Below are positions 27,861 through 37,999 of a stretch of DNA of 64,000 nt, piece by piece. The stretch's first letter is position 1. Every line of letters begins with the position of its first letter. The notes under the pieces are model-generated. The model was not told the DNA's origin, ran no database searches, and saw only the letters and a program-made list of their open reading frames with translations. The translations under genes were made by a program, and so were the position numbers. This stretch comes from the human T2T-CHM13v2.0 reference genome, Homo sapiens. Location of the stretch: assembly GCF_009914755.1 (NCBI RefSeq), contig NC_060942.1; one strand, given 5' to 3'.

Positions 27861-28376
27861 AGAAAGTGTCCCAACTGTCCCAGAGAACTGATGTCTACTG
27901 GTGTGTGTGTGTGTGGGTGTGTGTGTGGGTTTGGGTGTGTGTGTGTTTTTTGATAAATATAGAAACCAACTCCTCTGGTCTGAAATCTTGAGACTTACAT
28001 TTGTCTTATCTGTGCTCCTTGCTCAGAAAACCCACCCATAGGCCTCCCAGATGTCAAAGGACTGAAACTTACCAGATCACTGTATCCAGACAATGAGTTG
28101 CAAGACCCTTCATCCATCATAATTCCTGTTTACAAACTCCTCTTCCTTACCCTTCCTTAATTCCTGCTTTCCCACACATAGTTACATTTCTTCCCTGCTA
28201 TATAAACCCCTAAGTTTAGTCAGTCAGAAAGATGGATTTGAGACTGACTTCCCTTTCTCCTTGGGTGCAGTACCTGAATAAATCCTTCTTCCCTAGCAAT
28301 ACTTGCTGTCTCAGTGATTGGCTTTCTGTGTGGCAAGCAGCAGAAGCTAAACTGAACCTCTGGTGTTTTGGTAACA
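27861..28376 (+). mobile_element. MER39-type ERV1 solo LTR containing a (TG)n run
   Basis: TGTCCCAGAGAACTGATG...CTTACATTTGTCTTATCTG...TATATAAACCCC...GGTGTTTTGGTAACA. (TG)n at ~27902-27946, TATA at ~28199, AATAAA at 28277-28282. Confidence 0.85.
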
Positions 28377-29374
28377 GAACTAGATGAGAGAGGATCCCTG
28401 TAGAGGTGGGATTTATAATGCTCCACATTTAATTATCTCTTTTGTTGGACACTGAGAAAACAGTTTAAATAAATACATAGATTACTGAACATTACTTTCC
28501 CTTAATTTATCTTACCTATTTACTGTAGATTTAATGGAAAGAAATTGAGTATCTTCCTTTTTACTCTCCTTTTTTAAACTAACCTTGGTTTCTATTTTTT
28601 GTTTGTTCTTAATGAAGTTTTATTTGAAACAAATAGGCCCAATATACATCAAATAGAAGCAGACAGTCTCTAAATTTAGAAAATGTAAGTAATGTCTATA
28701 AATCCTAAATTTACCATCAACATGTGAGTCTTAGCCAAATGCAGTCTACTGCAGCCTGTGTTTAAGTCCATATTTGAATTATTATTATTTTCAAAAATGT
28801 GTTTGCTCTAAATGTTTACCTCACAAGAATTGGTACATCAGTAAAGCCTAAACACTTAAACCACTACTCTAACCTCATTGCTGACTTATCTTTGCTAGGT
28901 AACTCTCATTAGCCTCTTATCTCACAGAATTAATGTTAGTAATTTTAATTAAAGCTGAATAAAATTTATTGTTTTATTTGGCTATTTAAGCTTAATCTCT
29001 TAAAAGTATATTGTGAAAGCAGGCCTTATATAAATGTTGACTGATAAAAACACAAAAGCAAAAATTAGGTAAGCATTATTCACATTTGAGTCAATCTAAT
29101 TTTCAATTGCATGATGTAAACTCAACTCAAAATTTCAAAAAATAAAAAAAGTTTAGATGGTACAACTACACATCATTTTTGATTTTGTGAATCCCTATAT
29201 AAACACACAAACACACAAAATGCATAAAGACTACAGCCATTAGTGTTATCTTTTTAAAAAATTAGATAAATGTAATGGGTGAAGCTTTGGAATCATGGGT
29301 AATGATGTCAAAAAGATAGACAAATTGTTTGTAGGCTCCTTGATAAAATATGCTGACACAACTAGCTGTCAATG

Positions 29375-29505
29375 GATGACACTGTAAGATTTGGAAGTAT
29401 AGGGTTCATGTCTTCTCTATACTTTTTTCAACCATCTCTCTAAGATTTGCATAACAGTGTTCTATCTGGTGTCCTATACTGTGTGGTCATTCAGACACTA
29501 AATAT
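29375..29505 (+). mobile_element. L2 3' end fragment
   Basis: GACACTGTAAG...AGGG..CATGTCTT...CACTAAATATT. Confidence 0.4.
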
Positions 29506-30779
29506 TCTCACCACCTGATCATCATAAATATTTGCTACTGGAGAAAAGGTTTATTATTTTGAACTGTTTGGACCTACAACATTTATGACTGCAATAATAA
29601 GTCATAAGCTAGGTTTCAGGCAGAATGACTGAAAAATTTCAGCTGTTTTCACAATCAATTTCAGTAGCTAAGGTCAAAGCCATCATGAGGGACCTTGGAC
29701 TGCTTGCTAAGGCAGGCAAAATAACTTATTTGACTACACAATAATCTGTGCATTCAGGTGAGCTCTCTAGGTCACAGTTCAAGCCTGGCTCTTCTCTTGA
29801 CTGCTTAACCTAAAAGTATCTTATAATTTATATAGAATTTTATAATGTAAATATTATGACTTGCAATTGTATAACATGAATTTTTTTAATAAAACACCAC
29901 TATCACTTAAAAAATATATGCATTCCAAAACAATGCTTAAGACTCACATGTAGAAGTGGATTCCTCAGAACTTGAATCAATATTTTGTATGGGGTGTCCT
30001 AATTGTAGACCAAGAGGGGCAGGCAATGGCCTACACCTATAGTTGGGTCCCGGATGCTGCAGTGAGCAATGTGGGCAACAGGATCTCAGAGCGAGCCCAA
30101 AGAAACACATGACATGTACTGGGAGGTGAACACCCAACATCACATAGCTGGTGAGTGGCTTTCTGGGTTCAAAGTTCTGCTATGCAGTATCGCACAAATG
30201 AATAAATCTGGCTTCCAGTATGATTTATAGGATATCTCTGGCAGTGAAGAAACTGAGAGTATGAACTAACAGCATAGGGATTTTTGTCAAAAAGATGCTG
30301 AATAAAGAACTGTTCAGAAGGTAGATGAGAAAAGAAGATACTACACTGTATAGGGAAAACAGACACCTGCTGTATGAAAACGTACAAGTAGTAAAATAAA
30401 TAACTGTTTATGTGTATTTCCCAGTAATATTATTTAAGGCATTCTTTTAAACACTTCACTGAAGAATCAAAATATAATCTTAGTTTTCCGTGATCCAAGG
30501 CTTTACCTTGAAACTCAAAATACACTTTCTTAATTCTTTTTTAGGTTCTCATATTTTATTTAGTATTTTGATTGCTAAATGTTTGCTATTTACATAATGT
30601 TATCTTCATTAACTGCCAAATTCTGATTGATAAAATTACAGATAATTTTTCCTGACAGAGGATAGGATTATCCAGATGTGGAATCCATGAAGTAGCAAAC
30701 AATAAGTTAAAAATATCAAATTGGAATAATTCTGTGCATTTGTATTTTTAATGGGCAGTCTCTCTTGTGTTTAAAATAT

Positions 30780-30970
30780 TGGGCACTGAAGTCGGAGAGA
30801 CTTTTGATTAAATACAGACAACTCACTGACTGACGTTGAGCCAGTTACTTCCATTCTCTTTGCATCAGTTTTTTCACTAATGCAACAGGGATTTAATAGT
30901 TTCTGCCTTATTTCATGTTGGGAGTTAGAAATGAGATAAGTTAGGTACATGGTATGTACTCAATATAACC
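30780..30970 (+). mobile_element. MIR
   Basis: AGTTACTT...CTCTTTGCATCAGTTTTTTCA...AAATGAGATAA...TACTCAATA. Confidence 0.6.
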
Positions 30971-31080
30971 TTAGCATGAAAACTGATCAGCAATTGTGAG
31001 ATAGCTCTGTGTTCAAATTATATATATGTAAAATTGTGTGCATTAAAATAATAATAAAGTTTTAGAGTTCTTTTAAAAAA

Positions 31081-31379
31081 TTATTATTATTATTTAAAAT
31101 GGGGTCTCACTCCGTCACCCAGGCTGGAGTGCAGTAGCGCAATCTGAGCTTACTGCAACCTCTGCCTCCCGGGCTCAAACAATCCACCAGCCTTAGCCTC
31201 CCAAATAGTTGAGACGACAGGCATGTGCCACCCCAGCTGGCTAATTTTTGTATTTTTTTTGTAGAGACTGGGTTTCACCATGTTGCCCAGGCTGCTCTCA
31301 AACACCTGAACTCAGGTGACCCGCCCACCTCAGCCTCCCAAAGTGCTGGGATTACAAGCGTGAGCCACTGCACCCGATC
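31081..31379 (-). mobile_element. AluJ (AluJb-like)
   Basis: Antisense dimer with GGGCTCAA, TTTGTAGAGAC, GTTGCCCAGGCT J-type diagnostics. TSD TTAAAAA(A/G)TTAT. Confidence 0.9.
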
Positions 31380-31424
31380 TTAAAAAGTTATAAAAGTTTA
31401 AACTTATATATATAGTTATATAAA

Positions 31425-31530
31425 GTTATAAAAAGTTATAAATCAATAACTTTTTAAGGTTATAAAAAGTTATAAATCAATAACTTTTTAACGTTATAAA
31501 AAGTTATAAATACTTTAATAACTTTTTAAG
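31425..31530. repeat. Tandem array of three 34-38-bp AT-rich hairpin units
   Basis: GTTATAAAAAGTTATAAATCAATAACTTTTTAA(G/C) at 31425-31458 and 31459-31492, plus a 38-bp variant at 31493-31530. Confidence 0.95.
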
Positions 31531-31822
31531 GTCGGGTGCAGTGGCTCACGCCTGTAATCCCAGCAATTTGGGAGGCCGAGGTGGGAGGATAAACTGAGGT
31601 CAGGAGTTCAAGACCAGCCTTGCTGACATGGTGAAACCCCATCTTTACTGAAAACACCAAAATTAGCTGGGCATGATGGAAGGTGCCTGTAATCCCAGTT
31701 ACTTGGGAGGCTGAGACAGGAGAATCGCTTGAACCCTGGAAGTGGAGGTTGCAGTGAGCCAAGATCACGTCACTGTACTCCAGCTTGGGCACAAGAGCAA
31801 GACTCCGTCTCAAAAAAAAAAA
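31530..31822 (+). mobile_element. AluS (Sx/Sq-like)
   Basis: Full sense dimer GGTCGGGTGCAGTGGCTCACGCC...GACTCCGTCTC plus A11. Confidence 0.9.
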
Positions 31823-31859
31823 GTTATTTAAATATATCCTGTGTATGAAAAAATATAAA

Positions 31860-32480
31860 CTCTAAAGGCAGAATTTAAGGAATAATAAAATGAACAACCA
31901 TACATTGATAGACCATTGTAAGACGTAAACCATGTTCAGTGTCAGAGAAGCCTGAATTCACTTACCTGAGGGAATTCTCTTTTATCCTCAAAAGTAACTG
32001 CAAACCTGAACATTGTTCTATTCATTTCTTCACTTTTCCTTACAGTTTTATTACCTGTGTACACCTGCCTGACAATAAAACTTTGTCTTTTTTGAACCTA
32101 CATGAATAAAATTACATTTTTCTCTGATATATACCTATCTGCTCAATATTACTGTTTAGAACTTCATTTGTGTGAATATGCATTGTTCCAGAGCACGTGA
32201 TGGCAAAGTTTTTCTATGAAGGGTCAGATAGGACATATTTTAGGCTTTCAGGGCAATGTAGTCTCTGTCACAATTACTTATTACTGACTTCAGCACAAAA
32301 GAAGAAATAGATAATATATAAATGAATGGCCATGTTCCAATAAATTTTTATTTACAACAAATAGGTGGTGGACTCAATTTGGCCTCAAGCTTGTGTTGGC
32401 CCCTGTTCTAATCATTTATTTTTCACTGTCATATAGAATTATTTCATATTAATATATTGCAGTTTATCTTTTTCACTGCA
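31860..32480 (-). mobile_element. L1ME-type 3' UTR, interrupted by MER58A
   Basis: AATAATAAAATGAAC...AAGTAACT...CAGTTTTATTACC...TTCACTG antisense L1ME motifs. Confidence 0.5.
32194..32405. mobile_element. MER58A (hAT-Charlie)
   Basis: GGCAAA.TTTTTCT.TGAAGGG.CAGATAG...GTTCCAATAAA.TTTTATTTAC...CCCCTG. Confidence 0.8.
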
Positions 32481-32539
32481 TGGAATGATATGCTTACATT
32501 TCACTGGAGTCACGGAATGATATGCTTACATTTCACTGT

Positions 32540-32935
32540 AAGTAAATTACACTTAAATGTTTAAAGAAATAGATAAAAGTTAAAAAAAGGACATTTGCAA
32601 TTGAAAAACCCCTTAAGAAAATATCATATTTTATTGAAAGATAGTAAAGAAAACCCAAAGAAGTTAAGAAATATTCAGATACTTGGATAGGAACACCCAA
32701 TTTAGTCAAGTTTGTATTCTTCAAAAAATACTGGATTAATTCAGAGCAATTCCAGTACCAATTGGATTTTTTGTTTTCTGGGATTGTTGTTTTTGAGAAA
32801 ACTAGACAAGCTGATTTTAGGATTTTTATGAAATAGCAAAAGTAGAGAACAGCCAAGAGACTTGTGGAAAAGAAGTGGGGGAGAGAGTATTCTACCAGAT
32901 ATTTAAACCTTTAACTAAGGTAGAATAGTTAGCAA
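32540..32935 (+). mobile_element. Old L1 ORF2 fragment (sense)
   Basis: GAAAACTAGACAAGCTGATTTTA...GAACAGCCAAGA...CTACCAGATA. Confidence 0.7.
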
Positions 32936-32939
32936 GAGG

Positions 32940-33820
32940 TTTTGTTGAGCCTTTCCCAGTGTCTTTGGGTGTGTAGACACTTAAAATTTTTACAAAGTCT
33001 AATTTATTTAATAGTTTTTCTTATGGTTAGTGCTTTTGTGTTTCATTTAATTTTTCCTCACTTTCCTATCATTACAGCTGTGAAGATATTCTCCTGTTTT
33101 CTTCTAGTAGTTTTATAGTTTTCTCTCTTAAATACAAACCCTTCATTCATTTCAAATAAATATTTGTATATGGTGTTTAGTAGGGGTCAAATAAACATAT
33201 ACAATGATTACTTTTGCATGTTTCCTTCAATAGTTGTTGAAAAGACTCACGTTTCCCCATCGAAATGCTTTGGCAACTTCATCAAAAATTAACTGACTAT
33301 GTAATTGTGGGGCTATTTCTGGACTCTCATTCTACCCATTGATTACTTTTGTCTATCTGTGTACTACACTGCCTTGTTTATATAAGCTTGACAGTATGTT
33401 TCTTCTTATTAAATTTCCTAAACAGTTGTTATTTGTATGTAGAAATGCAAAATTATTTTGTGTATTGATTTAGTACTCAGCATCATTGTTAATCTATCTT
33501 AATAATTCTAATTCATTTTCACTGGAATCTTTTGGGTTTCTATGTAGGTAATTTTATTGAATGACTATAATAATAATAATTTTGTTGCTTGCTTTCCAAA
33601 TTGTGTATGCTGTAATTTTATTTTTCTTTTCTTGTTTTTGAAGCTAATAATTCTAGTAATGTCAGTAGTTTTGATGACAGTGGGCAGTCTTGATTCTGAT
33701 TCTGAATATGTTGTTTTCAATATTTCACCAGAAGGACAGATATTTGCTACCAATGTCCTTTAGCAGAATAAAAATGTTTTCTTTAGTTCCTACTGTAAGA
33801 GATTACATCATGAACAGATG
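32940..33820 (-). mobile_element. Old L1 ORF2 fragment (antisense)
   Basis: GTTGAAAAGACT..TTTCCCCAT.GAA.TGCTTTGGCA...CTATTTCTGGACTCT...GTGTATTGAT. Confidence 0.75.
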
Positions 33821-34023
33821 TACAGGATGTCAGCAATATGTGGGGTATGTTTCACTAAAAACTCTCTCTTCCATAAAAGCAATGAGATAACTGGAGACAT
33901 TGTAAGAACCAACTTTTTCCGGACTTTGGAAATTAACCAAAGGCTTGCAGCAACCAAGTGAGCATTTTTTTTCAAGATAAATGGCGAAACTTGATAAAAA
34001 TTGAGAGTTTTGTTGCATTTTAA

Positions 34024-34576
<553 letters not shown>

Positions 34577-35397
34577 TAGAAGACCCCATTTGCAAGGCTA
34601 TTCATATTTGATCTGACTCAAGCTTTTCCCCAGGAGACATTTGGTGAAAACAATTACAAGAAAGTGTTTAACTTCATGACTGCTTGAGGTGGTGGATAAC
34701 GGTTGGGCAAAAATAGACAAATCAAAAAACTTGAGCAGAATAGTTGAAAACTGAAATATTCATATGGACTTTGAAAAGCTCCAACATATTTTTGAGTATC
34801 TAAAAGACTACACACACACATAAGGTTGTGTGCATGCATAAGGCTGTGCGCATGCTCAGGGCTGTGCATATGTACCCAAATGGCCAGAGAAGTCCCTACA
34901 TTCTCACCTTCACTGACTTTGAGGCTCTGTGCGAGCAGGAAGAGAAAGGTAATACAGAATTGTCAACTGCCTGGTTGAGTGTTAATTACATGCCCCAACA
35001 GATATACAGAACCCCTGGCAAAGACTGGGAGACTTTTTCATTCCAGGCATTAGGACAATCTTTGTTAGCTTGCTATTGAACTAGCTAGGGGAAGATCTAA
35101 GTACCACACGTGACAAAACATATAGACATTACAAATTTAGTTCAGAAAAGTCACTGAACAAACAAAAACTATAATAAGCAATGACAACAGCAAACCCCAG
35201 AGTTGCCACATATAGGGTTTAAAATGTTCAGTATTCAGCAAAAATGTGAAACATGCAAAAAAAGAAGAAAATATGACCCATAAACAGAAAAATAGTCACT
35301 CAGTTGAAGCTGTCCCAAAGAAGCCCAGATATTGTACTTACAGATGTTGTCAGCTATTCTAAGTGTTTTCAAAGAGCTAATAAAACTATGTCTAAAG

Positions 35398-35734
35398 CAG
35401 GGTTCCCCACTCGGCCCGGACTGGTACTGGTCCATGGCCTGTTAGAAACTGGGCTGCACAGCAGGAGGTGAGCAGTGGGTGAGCAAACATTGCCACCTGA
35501 GATCTACCTCCTGTCAGATCAGCAGTGACATTAGATTCCTATAGGAGTGCAAACCCTATTGTGAACTACACATGAGAGGAATCTAGCTTGTGCATTATGA
35601 GAATCTAACTGATGCCTGATGATCTGAGGTACAACAGTTTCATCCTGAAAACCAGCCACATCCCTGCACCCACCAATAGAAAGATCGTCTACCATGAAAC
35701 CGTTCCCTGGTGCCAAAAACGCTGGGGACCGCTG
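35398..35734. mobile_element. MER1B (hAT-Charlie)
   Basis: CAGGGTTCCCCA...CATTAGATTC.TATAGGAG...TGGTGCCAAAAA.GCTGGGGACCGCTG. Degenerate 8-bp nTCTARAn flanks. Confidence 0.88.
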
Positions 35735-36029
35735 ACCTAGAAGAGAGAAAGAGAACTCTTTCTCACCAAATAGACATCAATAAGAAAATAGACACCAAGT
35801 ACATAGGAAACTACATATAAATGCTGCAGTTGAAAAGTAAAATAACTGAGATGAAAAATTCACCTGAGAGGCTCAAAAGTAGATATGAGTAGGTAGAAAA
35901 AAGAATCAGCAAATTTCTACAAAAATATGAAAACTGAAATTTAAAATATAATAGCAAATACAACCACCTCAAATAAAATGAAATACTTAAATCTAAATCT
36001 AACAAAACGTGCAACATTATGCTTTCAAG

Positions 36030-37996
36030 CCGTTCATGTTATATTGAATCAGTTTCTTGCAGGTAGAATGTTAGATCATTTTTTAAAAATCTACTTTACC
36101 AATTTCTGATTTTTCATTGATGTGTTGAGACCACTGCAATCAAAGTAATTGTTAGTACATTAGGGCTTAAATATTATTATTTATTTAATAATATTAAATA
36201 GGGTCTAATAGTAAGGCCCCGTTATTATTGGTTTTCTGTTTTTCCTGTTTCTCTTTTCTTATTTCATGTGCTTGTTTAATTATTTTTAAAATTGGATTTT
36301 GATTTAATTAACTGTGATTTGGAGCATAGGATTTTGTATGGTTTTATTAGTGGTTGCTCTAAGTGTTATAATTTACAAACGAAACTTATCACAATTTACT
36401 AAACTCAATATTTTACCACTTCATATGAAATATGAAAACCTTACTTCTGTTTAGGTCTCTTTATCTGCTCCACTTTTAAAATATAATTGTTTCAAGTATT
36501 CCTCTATATACATTAAATGTTACATCAGATAATTTTTGCTTCAACAATCAAATATTATTTAATAAATTCATGAGAATTGTTTAATATATTTATCCCAATT
36601 TTACCAATTTTTTTTTTCTTTTCTGAAGTTTCAGTTCTGTTATCCTTTTCTTGAAGAACTTCCTTTTGCCTTACTTTAATGATAGATTTTATTATGGACA
36701 AATTATCTTAGCTTATCTTTATTTGAGAATATATCTAATTTTCCCTTCATTCTGGAAAGATAGTTTCACTAGGTATAGACTCTGCATTTGATAGTTTTAG
36801 TTTTTTGTATTCTTTCAGCACTTGAAATATCTTGTGCTGCTTTGGGGTCTCTATTTCAGATGAGCAATCTACTGTCGTTCAAATTGGAGTCCTCCTGTAA
36901 GTACTAATATAGTCCCTCTGTATCCGCGGGTTCCATACCTAGGGATTCAACAAACTGCAGATTAAAAATATTTGAAAAAAATACAATAAAAATAATACAA
37001 TAATACAAATTTTAAAATAACAGTATGACAGCAATTTGCACAGCATTTACATTGTATTAGATATTACAAGCAATCTAGAGAGGATTTAAAATATACGAGA
37101 GGATGTGCATAGGTTATACACAATACCATGCCATTTTTATAAGGGACGTGAGCATCCATGGGTCCTGGAACTAATCTCCCATGGAAATTGGTACATTGTT
37201 TCTTTCTAACATATTTTAAGATATTTTCTGTCTTTAGTGTTCAAAACTTTAAATATGATGTGTCTTGACACAGAGTCTTTGTATTTATCCTTTTTGGGTT
37301 TTACTTAGCATCTGAATCTACAGGTTTATACTTTTCATTAAATCTGGAAAATTTTTAGTCATTATTTATTCAAATATTTTTTTCAGTCTCAAACTCTTTC
37401 TCCTTTCCTTCTGTACTTCAATGATATGCATGTTAGATCTTTTGTTATTGTCCCACGGGTAACTGAGAGTTTGTTCATTTTTTACTCTATTTCTCTATTA
37501 TTAAGTTTGGATAATCTCTGTCATTCTATCTTTAAGTTCACTGATTCTTTTATCTACCATATTTTTGCTGCTATTATGTCCATCTATTAATGTTTTTTAA
37601 AAAATTTAGTTATTATAGTTTTCAGTTCTATAAATTTGTCTTAGTCTTTAAAGAAATTCTGTTTTTTGCTGAGCCTTTCTGTTATTTTTCATTTCTTTCA
37701 ATGTGTTTTAAATTGCTTGTTGGAAAATTTTTATGATGGCTGCTATAAAATCCTTGTCAGATAATTCCAACATCTGAATTATCTCATTGTTGGTATCTAT
37801 TGATTTTCTTTGATCACGGCAGTTATTTTCCTGGTTCTTGGTGTAATAATTGACCTGCCATTGTATCCTGGGCATTTTGTGCATTGTGCATTGCATTGTA
37901 AAAGTTGGATCCCATTTATTTCCAAAATATTTTAGTTGTAAGAATGAAGACCTGAGAGGAATGGGCCTCTTCCATCTTGGCCAGCACCAACAGTCA
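36030..37996 (-). mobile_element. Old L1 (L1ME/L1MD) 5' region: inter-ORF, ORF1 and likely 5' tip
   Basis: ORF 37708-38055 contains IIQMLELSDKDFIAAIIKIFQQAI (ORF1p-like). The reverse complement near 37965-37996 reads GGCCAAGATGG, typical of L1 5' ends. Confidence 0.7.
36907..37192. mobile_element. MER2 (TcMar-Tigger)
   Basis: GTCCCTCTGTATCCGCGGGTTCC...AGCATTTACATTGTATTAG...AATCTAGAG...GGGTCCTGGAAC.AATC.CCCATGGA. Confidence 0.85.
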
Positions 37997-37999
37997 GAT

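Noticed and set aside
31425-31530. CRISPR-like appearance (palindromic ~34-bp repeats)
   Set aside because: Units are directly adjacent with no unique spacers, there are no cas genes, and the context is eukaryotic.
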